Below are positions 27,085 through 34,952 of a stretch of DNA of 40,000 bases, in pieces (positions within the stretch are counted from its first letter, which is position 1; every line of letters begins with the position of its first letter). Source of the DNA: Enterococcus phage vB_EfaS_159; sequence record CAJDKF010000002.1; one strand, given 5' to 3'. The notes below the pieces were generated by a model. The model ran no database searches. It was not told the DNA's origin and saw only the letters and a program-made list of their open reading frames with translations. The position numbers were made by a program, and so were the translations under genes.

Positions 27085-27836
27085 GCTTCCACGTCCTCCA
27101 TTGTGATTTTATTTTCATCTTTTTTAGTACGTTTTATCAGTCCTTCAAAAGTTGAATATGTTTCGCTTTGGTGCAATGGTACCACAATTGAATCTGGTTT
27201 GCAATACTTTTCTGTAAATTCTTTATGTTCAGTTGAAGCTAAGTGACGATATGAACCATTACTAAAAATATCAAAACCAGTGTGTGCTTTTGTTGATTCG
27301 TAAAATTCAATTACTTGTGGGTCATAGTTAGATTCTAACAAAAAGTAGTCTACTTGTAAAGCGTTCTTATCTAAATATTCCTGATAATCTATTGTAGTAC
27401 TTAAATCAGTTGCATATAACAATACTTCACCAGATTCAACATCTTCAATAATTAATCCATGACAGTCAACTAATTCTTCACCAGCACCATGATAGTTCTG
27501 GATAGTTGTGAATTTCATTGTACCAATTTGAAACTGAAAGTTATCACTAAAAACAACATCAGCTGGAATTTTTGTTTTTTCAAACATTAGATTACTTACT
27601 TCTTCATTAGCTAAAATTTTAATGTTTGGAAAGTTTTCACGAATCTTCTTATAAACAGCTGGCTTGAAATGGTCACCGTGTCTGTGCGTAAATATTAAAA
27701 AATGTTTTTCATATAGTAATGGCTCTATAAATTTGTAAGGCTTACCTGCATCAACTAATATATTAAATTGATTAGTATATATTGATACTGAATTTCCTTT
27801 ACTACCTGTGTAATGTACGTTCCATTTGAATGTCAT
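27060..27836 (-). CDS. MBL-fold metallo-hydrolase
   Basis: THRHGDH metal-binding motif, downstream ATDLSTTID. Confidence 0.88.
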   Translation of the reverse strand: MTFKWNVHYTGSKGNSVSIYTNQFNILVDAGKPYKFIEPLLYEKHFLIFTHRHGDHFKPAVYKKIRENFPNIKILANEEVSNLMFEKTKIPADVVFSDNFQFQIGTMKFTTIQNYHGAGEELVDCHGLIIEDVESGEVLLYATDLSTTIDYQEYLDKNALQVDYFLLESNYDPQVIEFYESTKAHTGFDIFSNGSYRHLASTEHKEFTEKYCKPDSIVVPLHQSETYSTFEGLIKRTKKDENKITMEDVEAWKKSKNK

Positions 27837-27846
27837 TTGCTACCTC

Positions 27847-28326
27847 CTAATACTGTGATGGTGTATTGCGTTCAGACCATGGGTTGCCTTCTAATTCCCA
27901 TAACTCTTTGCCAAGTCGTTTAGCGGTGTCCCACTTATCCTTGTCAATTGCTTTATTAATTTCAATAATTAATTTATGACGTTTATCCTCTACTTTTTTG
28001 CGCAGTGGACGCGCTACACGTTGTTTACCTTCTTGTGGGTTAATAGCCCACCCAAGGTTATTGCAGTGTGTGTTATTAACATCACCATCTTTATAATATA
28101 GGTAGCCTAGATTATCTTTGTTTAGTACAAATGATTCAGCTACTAAGTTAGCAATAAAAAATTTACGTGTCTTGTTGTGTGAGCCTTCTAATACTACATA
28201 TGGTTTGCCGTTGTCATCATATGAGTTCCAGACTGTTAAACCTGTGTCACGGTCTATCACATATCCCATATTTGAAACTGCGTAACGGTCGTACGGTTCA
28301 AACAATGGTTCAAATTTTTCAATCAT
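27847..28326 (-). CDS. HNH/NUMOD4-like protein with degenerate catalytic motif
   Basis: VSNMGYVID... and FFIANLVAESFVLNKDNLGYLYYKDGDVNNTHCNNLGW. Confidence 0.65.
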   Translation of the reverse strand: MIEKFEPLFEPYDRYAVSNMGYVIDRDTGLTVWNSYDDNGKPYVVLEGSHNKTRKFFIANLVAESFVLNKDNLGYLYYKDGDVNNTHCNNLGWAINPQEGKQRVARPLRKKVEDKRHKLIIEINKAIDKDKWDTAKRLGKELWELEGNPWSERNTPSQY

Positions 28327-28529
28327 TCCTTTAACTCCTCTACTAATTTTTCTAATTGCTCAATGGTTAAGATAATATCATTTTCTGGGTGACATAATAC
28401 CATGCTAGCCATAATATCACCATCTGGATACTTGGTTACTTCCATATATTCATGTTTGTTACCATTACAGATAAGGTGTATAGTTTTATAATTTCCAATT
28501 GGTCTATTAAATACTTCTACATTTTCCAT
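28323..28529 (-). CDS. hypothetical protein (start set to internal Met after an SD)
   Basis: MENVEVFNRPIGNYKTIHLICNG... Confidence 0.55.
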   Translation of the reverse strand: MENVEVFNRPIGNYKTIHLICNGNKHEYMEVTKYPDGDIMASMVLCHPENDIILTIEQLEKLVEELKE

Positions 28530-28530
28530 A

Positions 28531-29037
28531 TTACAACCCTCTTTCTTCAATATCTTCAATCAGCCAAGTTAAGTATGTTTTTGCTTTTTTAAGGTCCTCT
28601 AGTCCATTTTTGTGTTTATAACGTAATGGATATTTTAGAATATTTCCTTCTAGGAAACCACGGAATTCTTCTTTTGTCATGTTAGCTTTCATTATTTGAA
28701 TTGGTTGAATACCGTTAACTGTGTAATGAATTTGATTGTCAATCAAATCTGATTCAAAATAAACTTCTACATCAGGTTCAACACCACCTGACATGTATAA
28801 GTACTCATCATATGTCATAACTTCTTCTTGTTCAGGTTCAACACCATCACATTTTGAATCTTCAAAATTAACTTCTAATTCAGGAATAACAAAATGGTTT
28901 TTAAAAGCACTCTCTGTAGTATATGTGTGTGTTCCATCATGATATTTGACTTTCCACATTTTACCTTCCATTTTATGTGCTACACCTTTTTCCCCATTAT
29001 CTTTGCGTTTTACTAACATTCCATCATGTAATTTCAT
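28531..29037 (-). CDS. hypothetical protein
   Basis: SD UUAGGAGGAAUUU directly upstream; dedicated promoter at 29068-29096. Confidence 0.65.
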   Translation of the reverse strand: MKLHDGMLVKRKDNGEKGVAHKMEGKMWKVKYHDGTHTYTTESAFKNHFVIPELEVNFEDSKCDGVEPEQEEVMTYDEYLYMSGGVEPDVEVYFESDLIDNQIHYTVNGIQPIQIMKANMTKEEFRGFLEGNILKYPLRYKHKNGLEDLKKAKTYLTWLIEDIEERGL

Positions 29038-29067
29038 TTAAATTCCTCCTAATGTTTTATAATATTA

Positions 29068-29096
29068 TTCTATCATATTGACGTTTATTTGTCAAC
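29068..29096 (-). promoter_or_regulatory. early promoter TTGACA-N17-TAGAAT
   Basis: Reverse-strand boxes 29091-29096 and 29068-29073. Confidence 0.8.
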
Positions 29097-29123
29097 ACAA
29101 AACTTTTATTTTATGGTATAATA
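29095..29123 (+). promoter_or_regulatory. late-type promoter on the + strand within the early block: AACACA-N17-TATAAT with extended TG
   Basis: AACACA 29095-29100, TGG 29115-29117, TATAAT 29118-29123; -35 overlaps the divergent early promoter -35. Confidence 0.55.
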
Positions 29124-29129
29124 TATTTA

Positions 29130-29193
29130 TAGCAAGGGTACTTCCTCCTACCCTAGACTATCTTAGGCTAACTCGTATGAGTTGGCTTTTTTA
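29130..29193 (+). ncRNA. candidate small RNA of about 65 nt with anti-Shine-Dalgarno loop (CUUCCUCC)
   Basis: Hairpin GGGTA-CTTCCTCC-TACCC (29137-29154), then terminator GCTAACTC-GTAT-GAGTTGGC-TTTTTT (29168-29193). Confidence 0.5.
29168..29193 (+). terminator. intrinsic terminator on the + strand
   Basis: 8-bp stem and T6 tract. Confidence 0.75.
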
Positions 29194-29442
29194 TTTTGCA
29201 TATTTAGCGATAAGTTTAAAAACTTCTTCCGCTGTTTCAATGTTTTCAAAACTAACAAATCCACTTGCTACATGTTGCATCATTACTGAATAGTTATAAT
29301 TTGTACTATACATATCACCAAACCCATTTGGATTGTACTTTACATCAATAAGACAACCGTTTGGGAACAATTTTCTAAACATATGAGCGTTATTCATTAT
29401 CTTCACCAATTCTTTCTTTAGCAATATTATAGTATATTTCAT
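29191..29442 (-). CDS. hypothetical protein
   Basis: Open frame in early operon direction. Confidence 0.55.
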   Translation of the reverse strand: MKYTIILLKKELVKIMNNAHMFRKLFPNGCLIDVKYNPNGFGDMYSTNYNYSVMMQHVASGFVSFENIETAEEVFKLIAKYAK

Positions 29443-30136
29443 CTAATTCAATACCAATGAAATTTCTATTTGTGTTTTTACATGCAACACCTGTTGAACC
29501 GCTACCCATTGTGAAATCAAGTATTGTATCCCCTTCATTACTATAACTCTTTACCAACCATTCTATTAAATCAACTGGTTTCTGGGTTGGGTGTACTCTT
29601 GACTTTCCACGAGGGTAACTATAGCGTCGTACTGTTTTTGGATAACGAAATCCAGCATTATTGTTTTCATAAGCAGTACCCTTTAAGCTTCCTGTTCCAC
29701 TAATATCACTTGATGAGTATATTGCTTTTTTAACGTATGGTTTCCCTTCGTCCATAATTGGGTTGTAATTGGGTTGTTTTTTATAAAATACGGATATGTT
29801 TTCGTGATTTGTCAGAGGTTTTCTTTTGGCTTTCATAAAATCAACACCTTTGTGTTTTTCCCAAATAATCTCAAATCTAAATTCATCAATATTACTCATG
29901 TTTAAAAAGCTAGAAAAAGGTTGTTTACCAAACAATAATACAGGTGTATTATCATTTCTTTTTAACTTATTTATTCTTTCCCACATTTCATCAAATGGAA
30001 TAATGTTATCCCATTTAAAAAACTTCTTGTTTAAAACGCCATATGGTGGGTCTGTAATAATACAATCAATCTTCACTCCTTCACTGATTAATTTATCCAT
30101 AATTTCTAATGCTTCACCGTTATATAGTTTATTCAT
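29390..30136 (-). CDS. site-specific DNA methyltransferase (N4/N6, beta-class motif order)
   Basis: IDCIITDPPYG near the N-terminus and DTILDFTMGSGSTGVAC near the C-terminus. Confidence 0.92.
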   Translation of the reverse strand: MNKLYNGEALEIMDKLISEGVKIDCIITDPPYGVLNKKFFKWDNIIPFDEMWERINKLKRNDNTPVLLFGKQPFSSFLNMSNIDEFRFEIIWEKHKGVDFMKAKRKPLTNHENISVFYKKQPNYNPIMDEGKPYVKKAIYSSSDISGTGSLKGTAYENNNAGFRYPKTVRRYSYPRGKSRVHPTQKPVDLIEWLVKSYSNEGDTILDFTMGSGSTGVACKNTNRNFIGIELDEIYYNIAKERIGEDNE

Positions 30137-30872
30137 CTTTTGCCATTCTCCGTTCTTCTCGTTTTTTAACTGAATCATAGGTGCGTTTCAACTCTGTTCC
30201 GTCAAGTGGTGGGTTGCACCCAATTTGGTTTACATATTGTGACCATACCCATACCTCTTCATGTTCTAAGCCTGTAGCGAACAATTTGCCAATCATTTGC
30301 GTTATCCAGTTGTTTCGTCCACCTTCATCACACCCTGCTATGATATCGCCAAGTAAGTTAGCTGTCCATTTGCGCGCACGCTTTTTATTTTTCTTTTGAA
30401 TTGTTTTATCTGTGAAAATATCAAACCATTTTGAAGGTAGGTCTGCAATTGGTGAATTGTCAATCACTTCATATTTTACACCTTCAATTGTTGAACCCCA
30501 CCCAACAACGTACCGTCCATGTGTTTGGAAGTCAACACCTTCAAGTTCCTTGTGGTTTTGAATGAATTGCACATCATTATATTTTTCAGGTAGGTTGTAA
30601 TACAGATGAAGCCCACCACTTGGTGTCATAACTGTTTTAGTGTCTGGTAACTCAATATCATACTTTTCGCAAAACTCTTTGAGGTTATCAGCACCACTAA
30701 CACCATTATGAGTGTCAATATCAATTACTGCAATACCTGATAACTTACCAGTTAAAATACCATAGTTACCACCTTCTGCAACCCACTTCTTTACTTCTAC
30801 TTTATCTTCACCATTAAATGAACCCGCAACTAACGGTGCTTTCCCATTCTTTTTAAGTCTTAATAGTTCCAT
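30129..30872 (-). CDS. bifunctional DNA primase/polymerase (prim-pol, AEP) N-terminal type
   Basis: LTGKLSGIAVIDIDTHNG, TPSGGLHLYYN, VDFQTHGRYVVGWGS. Confidence 0.88.
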   Translation of the reverse strand: MELLRLKKNGKAPLVAGSFNGEDKVEVKKWVAEGGNYGILTGKLSGIAVIDIDTHNGVSGADNLKEFCEKYDIELPDTKTVMTPSGGLHLYYNLPEKYNDVQFIQNHKELEGVDFQTHGRYVVGWGSTIEGVKYEVIDNSPIADLPSKWFDIFTDKTIQKKNKKRARKWTANLLGDIIAGCDEGGRNNWITQMIGKLFATGLEHEEVWVWSQYVNQIGCNPPLDGTELKRTYDSVKKREERRMAKDE

Positions 30873-30883
30873 ATTGTTTCCTC

Positions 30884-31072
30884 CTATGAACATGCTACAA
30901 TCTTAGCTGTTTCTAAATTATAACTATTTACTTCAATAATAAGCACATCAAGTCCATGTATATTCTCCATCACTTCCTCCATATAATTTTCTGCTAACTC
31001 TTTGGTAGTGAAAACCTCTGATTGGTAAGCTAGTGTTCTAGCTTCAAAATCAATAATATTTACAATATACAT
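30884..31072 (-). CDS. hypothetical protein
   Basis: Open frame, SD, preceded by a promoter at 31102-31130. Confidence 0.6.
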   Translation of the reverse strand: MYIVNIIDFEARTLAYQSEVFTTKELAENYMEEVMENIHGLDVLIIEVNSYNLETAKIVACS

Positions 31073-31101
31073 TTTAATTCCTCCTCTTATCTTATGTACC
31101 T

Positions 31102-31130
31102 ACTATATCATAGGATATAGTAGTTGTCAA
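31102..31130 (-). promoter_or_regulatory. early promoter TTGACA-N17-TATAGT overlapping palindrome CTACTATATC-N4-GATATAGTAG
   Basis: Boxes 31125-31130 and 31102-31107; arms 31100-31109 and 31114-31123. Confidence 0.8.
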
Positions 31131-31307
31131 CTATTTAATTGAATAAAATACTAAATTTTCTAATTTTAAGGTGAATGTTTCTGAATCACCAAAACTAAGT
31201 TCTAAAAAACGTTGTGTGATATTTACACGTTTAACATTGGTAAATAAGATATTTCTATTATCTTTACCAGCCATAAAGTTCACTGTTACTTCTTTTAATT
31301 CATTCAT
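31131..31307 (-). CDS. small hypothetical protein (58 aa)
   Basis: MNELKEVTVNFMAGKDNNRNILFTNVKRVNITQRFLELSFGDSETFTLKLENLVFYSIK; SD present; not in the ORF track. Confidence 0.6.
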   Translation of the reverse strand: MNELKEVTVNFMAGKDNRNILFTNVKRVNITQRFLELSFGDSETFTLKLENLVFYSIK

Positions 31308-32599
31308 TTTAATATATCCTCCATCATTTCATTAGTAAAGTCTTTACCATTTGTTACTGTTTCAAAAATCTTTTTCTCCGTTGGTGTTTCAGGTACAATG
31401 TGATAATAAAGTGGTTTCTTGGTTTGACCATAACGGTCTGTGCGTGCCTTAGATTGTTCATAGTTGATTGATTCTAAAGGCATTGAATTGTAAATTGTCA
31501 CATTTGCAATAACAAAATCATTAATGCCTGTAGAAGCGGATTTGTAGTGTGCTAACACAACACCGTTGTCTTTACCTTTAAATACTTTTAAGTCTTTGCT
31601 AGCGCCATTATATTGACTATATGGACGTTTTAACTTGTCTAATACTTGTTTCAACATTTCAAGTTCCACATTGTAATTATAAAAGATAACTACTCGTTCG
31701 TCATTGTGTGTTTCAAGAATCTGGTTCAGTCGTTCAAATGGTTCTTTGCTTACCTGTTTATTGATTCCTAATAAGAAACCATGTGACACACAGCGCATTG
31801 CGTTAAATAGTTTACTACTATTATCTAATTCAATCACTTCACCATTATCAGCTTTGTACATGCGATTCTTTTTCAATTTAGCGTACATTACTGGCTTCTT
31901 AGTCTTGAATACATAGTCTTCTGGAAAATAGTCTTTGTCACGTGTGAAACGCACTGCGCATTGGTCAATCATTTGTTTTAATAAATGCTCGTTCTGATAA
32001 CCTACAATGTCCATAAATCGCATAGAACCCATTTGTCGCATTTGCTTAATAACAAATAGTTGCTCAAACTCTTTTTTAGGCTTGCGGAATACATTTAGCA
32101 TATATAACTGTGGGTAGTAGTTCTCTAGCTTCCCATTACTAACTGGTGTTGCGGTTAACAGTCTTACATAAGGTGTTTTCTTACATAACTTCATAGCAAA
32201 CTTAGTTACTTTAGAAGAGCTAACACCCACTTTGTGGGCTTCGTCAATGATAATGAACGTATCTTTATCTACCCATTTCAACAATTCAGTGAGTCGCCAG
32301 CTACTTTCAAATGAGATTGCAACTCGTGTTGAATCAGCTAATAACTCTTTGTTTTTCTTTGTTCCTAAATTCAATGGTGTAATATCAATATCCATCAATG
32401 CACCATCTTCTGCAAAGTCCGCAACCTTTGGTGCCAAACAGATAACTAATAGCTTACTACAGCCACTTTGCAGGTAGGCACCTAAGGCGGTGAAGGTCTT
32501 CCCTGTTCCAGCGTCAGATAAATCGTAAGGGTGTGTATTCCATTTTTCAATACCTTCAATTTGCGTTGGTAATAGTTCAATTTTTCCAATCTTAGTCAT
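31304..32599 (-). CDS. SNF2/DEAD-like phage helicase (start corrected from the ORF track)
   Basis: LSDAGTGKTFTALGAYL, TFIIIDEAHKVG, RLLTATPVSNG, SINYEQSKARTDRYGQTKKPLYYHIV. Confidence 0.93.
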   Translation of the reverse strand: MTKIGKIELLPTQIEGIEKWNTHPYDLSDAGTGKTFTALGAYLQSGCSKLLVICLAPKVADFAEDGALMDIDITPLNLGTKKNKELLADSTRVAISFESSWRLTELLKWVDKDTFIIIDEAHKVGVSSSKVTKFAMKLCKKTPYVRLLTATPVSNGKLENYYPQLYMLNVFRKPKKEFEQLFVIKQMRQMGSMRFMDIVGYQNEHLLKQMIDQCAVRFTRDKDYFPEDYVFKTKKPVMYAKLKKNRMYKADNGEVIELDNSSKLFNAMRCVSHGFLLGINKQVSKEPFERLNQILETHNDERVVIFYNYNVELEMLKQVLDKLKRPYSQYNGASKDLKVFKGKDNGVVLAHYKSASTGINDFVIANVTIYNSMPLESINYEQSKARTDRYGQTKKPLYYHIVPETPTEKKIFETVTNGKDFTNEMMEDILK

Positions 32600-32993
32600 A
32601 TAGTACTTCCACCTTATCATCTTTAATATCTGGTAAATCTGGTTGTTCATAATTGAAATAAATATCATCTGCACCATAGTACACTGTACTTTCCATGTTA
32701 TCCAAATAAAGTAATAGGTCCTCTAAATCATCAAGCGTATCTCTTAATAGTAAACCATATCCACCAGCACATCTAACTTCTTGTAAGTATCTAATTTGTA
32801 ATGGGTCTGGCTGGTAGTTCCCTGTTTTAAGCTCTAATGCAATGAAGTAACCACTATAACACGCTTCAACGTCCGCACGTCCAACACGGTCATATATGGT
32901 TGCTGTGTTAACATTTACTAATGCACCTTTAGCTTTCAAATAGTCTACTACTTCTCTACTAAATTTAGATTCCTTTCCCATAGTTTGAACCAC
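32592..32993 (-). CDS. VRR-NUC domain nuclease
   Basis: SREVVDYLKAKGALV...GRADVEACYSGYFIALELKTGNYQPDPLQIRYLQEVRCAGGYGLLLR. Confidence 0.9.
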   Translation of the reverse strand: MVQTMGKESKFSREVVDYLKAKGALVNVNTATIYDRVGRADVEACYSGYFIALELKTGNYQPDPLQIRYLQEVRCAGGYGLLLRDTLDDLEDLLLYLDNMESTVYYGADDIYFNYEQPDLPDIKDDKVEVLYD

Positions 32994-33198
32994 CTTTTTT
33001 ATTACCTTGTAACATATTTGTTATAAGTTCAATACCTTCTTCTACGTCAATTCCTTGTTGGCTGAATAGTCCTAACATTGCTAACGTACCATATGTTAAA
33101 TATTTTTCCATCTCTTCCTGTGTAATACCTTTACTTCTGAAATTATTTTCCATTTCGCTTAAAATATTATCAATTGCAATAATACGTTCTGTTTTCAT
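32965..33198 (-). CDS. hypothetical protein
   Basis: Open frame, operon context. Confidence 0.55.
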   Translation of the reverse strand: MKTERIIAIDNILSEMENNFRSKGITQEEMEKYLTYGTLAMLGLFSQQGIDVEEGIELITNMLQGNKKGGSNYGKGI

Positions 33199-33200
33199 TT

Positions 33201-33419
33201 TTATTCTTCCTCTCCAATTACTAATTCAATTCCGCCCCATGATTCATTGTAACTGATATTCAATACTTTTGTCAACTCATCATACTTTCTAAATAATCGT
33301 TCTACTGACTTATCACTTGTTGTGTCAATTACTAATGCAGTCATACCATTTGATTCTTTCACTACTAAAAAATGGCTATCAATCACTTCATATGCTTGTA
33401 ATAAATTCATGTTATTCAA
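33201..33419 (-). CDS. hypothetical protein
   Basis: Open frame, operon context. Confidence 0.55.
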   Translation of the reverse strand: MNNMNLLQAYEVIDSHFLVVKESNGMTALVIDTTSDKSVERLFRKYDELTKVLNISYNESWGGIELVIGEEE

Positions 33420-33606
33420 CCTCCGTAAATGTTTGAATTGCTAAGAATGTTAATGCGAATGATACTAACCAAGATACTAAACCAGCTTCACTTGACGTTG
33501 TGAATACAATTGTTAAAATACCTACTAAATTTGCCACTAAAATTGCCGTTAAAACTTCCATATTTTCATTCATTTTATTTATCCTCCAATTTTTTAATTT
33601 TTTCAT
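33412..33606 (-). CDS. small predicted two-TM membrane protein
   Basis: MEVLTAILVANLVGILTIVFTTSSEAGLVSWLVSFALTFLAIQTFTEVE. Confidence 0.6.
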   Translation of the reverse strand: MKKLKNWRINKMNENMEVLTAILVANLVGILTIVFTTSSEAGLVSWLVSFALTFLAIQTFTEVE

Positions 33607-33847
33607 CTAGTTGTTTGATTAACTCTTTATTATCTAATGTTTTTGTGATACTTGAAACATCAATTCCTGATACTACTTTGTACTCCAAGATAATATCTTG
33701 TTGACGTTCGTTCAATTCTTTGTATAACTGTAATTCTTGTTTAGCTTCATTCAATTTCTGCTTGTTTAAGTTGTTTGCCAACATTACTGTACTTCCTGAA
33801 AAACTCAATCCTACTGCCAATCCAATGATTAATCCTTTATGTTTCAT
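33575..33847 (-). CDS. membrane-anchored or exported coiled-coil protein
   Basis: MKHKGLIIGLAVGLSFSGSTVMLANN followed by a charged helical region. Confidence 0.6.
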   Translation of the reverse strand: MKHKGLIIGLAVGLSFSGSTVMLANNLNKQKLNEAKQELQLYKELNERQQDIILEYKVVSGIDVSSITKTLDNKELIKQLDEKIKKLEDK

Positions 33848-33878
33848 TTATTTATTCCTCCTAATTGATTATATACTT

Positions 33879-33907
33879 AGTATAAATGATTGTCTTTATT
33901 CTGTCAA
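33879..33907 (-). promoter_or_regulatory. early promoter TTGACA-N17-TATACT
   Basis: Boxes 33902-33907 and 33879-33884. Confidence 0.8.
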
Positions 33908-34357
33908 GTGTTTTGGTAAATTAATTTTTAAATTTTTTTCATATCGCCGTGGGTCAAGTGTCTTATGTCTATCACTAGCTTTGTTTAAATAGCTTGTAAT
34001 TACTTTACCGCTAAATAGAGAAACCGCTATACATTGTACTACTATATCATCAATAGATTCACCTACATGCCCAATTCCTGAACGAATCAAAACACGTTTA
34101 TCTGCACCTGTTTCGTTATATTCAATAATTTCACCATGTATCATTGCTTCCATTGCTCGCAGATATGAAAATTTAGTTTCACCGTTTCTTATTTTATCTT
34201 GTAAGTGATACCCTGTTTTTATACCACGCTTTAACCACAAGTCTTTCACTCTGTCTTTTGCTTTGTTTAGTTGTTCTTTCTCTTGTTGAGTACATTGCGT
34301 AATGTGTTTTTTTACTTGTCCTTTGGTTTTCTTTACTGTTCCAACTTGAAAGTCCAT
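33896..34357 (-). CDS. hypothetical protein with beta-rich C-terminal domain
   Basis: Complete 153-aa frame with its own promoter. Confidence 0.65.
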   Translation of the reverse strand: MDFQVGTVKKTKGQVKKHITQCTQQEKEQLNKAKDRVKDLWLKRGIKTGYHLQDKIRNGETKFSYLRAMEAMIHGEIIEYNETGADKRVLIRSGIGHVGESIDDIVVQCIAVSLFSGKVITSYLNKASDRHKTLDPRRYEKNLKINLPKHLTE

Positions 34358-34386
34358 CTAATATCCTCCTCTTAATTTATATATTT

Positions 34387-34415
34387 AGTATATCAGTTGT
34401 GGCTGAACTTACCAA
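34387..34415 (-). promoter_or_regulatory. early promoter TTGGTA-N17-TATACT with extended TG
   Basis: Boxes 34410-34415 and 34387-34392. Confidence 0.65.
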
Positions 34416-34431
34416 CCCCTTTTTACTAATT

Positions 34432-34602
34432 TTATAAATAAATCATTGTATAATCATAGTAATTTGTATCATGTAAACTTGGTGTGCTACCTTTTGTAAT
34501 GATTAACTCTTTTGTATTCATTAACATGTTTACTGTTTCTTGTGTTAGTTTTAACTGGTATCCTTTTTGTTTTTTGTTGTCAAATAATTTTACGTTTAGC
34601 AT
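34432..34602 (-). CDS. small hypothetical protein (56 aa)
   Basis: MLNVKLFDNKKQKGYQLKLTQETVNMLMNTKELIITKGSTPSLHDTNYYDYTMIYL; SD and promoter upstream; not in the ORF track. Confidence 0.6.
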   Translation of the reverse strand: MLNVKLFDNKKQKGYQLKLTQETVNMLMNTKELIITKGSTPSLHDTNYYDYTMIYL

Positions 34603-34631
34603 TTTAATTCCTCCTAATTGATTATATACTT

Positions 34632-34660
34632 AGTATATCAGTTGGGGCTGAACTTGTCAA
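34632..34660 (-). promoter_or_regulatory. early promoter TTGACA-N17-TATACT with extended TG
   Basis: Boxes 34655-34660 and 34632-34637. Confidence 0.85.
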
Positions 34661-34675
34661 CCCCTTTTCTGATTT

Positions 34676-34864
34676 TTATTTTAAATTTTCTAATACTGTT
34701 TCAGTTAGTAGAATTACATCTAACATGTTTTCTAGTTTGTCGTTCAAGCTATGCCCTTTTTCGTTATCTCCTTTGTTGTATGCTTCAATCATTTGCGCTT
34801 TTAACTCGTCATATCTTTTATTTAGTCTTTCTAATTTAGCTTCATATCTTTGTTTTGTTGTCAT
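34676..34864 (-). CDS. hypothetical small coiled-coil protein
   Basis: MTTKQRYEAKLERLNKRYDELKAQMIEAYNKGD... Confidence 0.6.
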   Translation of the reverse strand: MTTKQRYEAKLERLNKRYDELKAQMIEAYNKGDNEKGHSLNDKLENMLDVILLTETVLENLK

Positions 34865-34894
34865 GTTTGTTTCCTCCTCTTAACTTATGAATTA

Positions 34895-34923
34895 AGTATA
34901 TCATGCGAAAAAAAGAAAGTCAA
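34895..34923 (-). promoter_or_regulatory. early promoter TTGACT-N17-TATACT overlapping a terminator-like stem
   Basis: Boxes 34918-34923 and 34895-34900. Confidence 0.75.
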
Positions 34924-34952
34924 CTCTTTTAGTCAACTTTCTTTAAAATATT

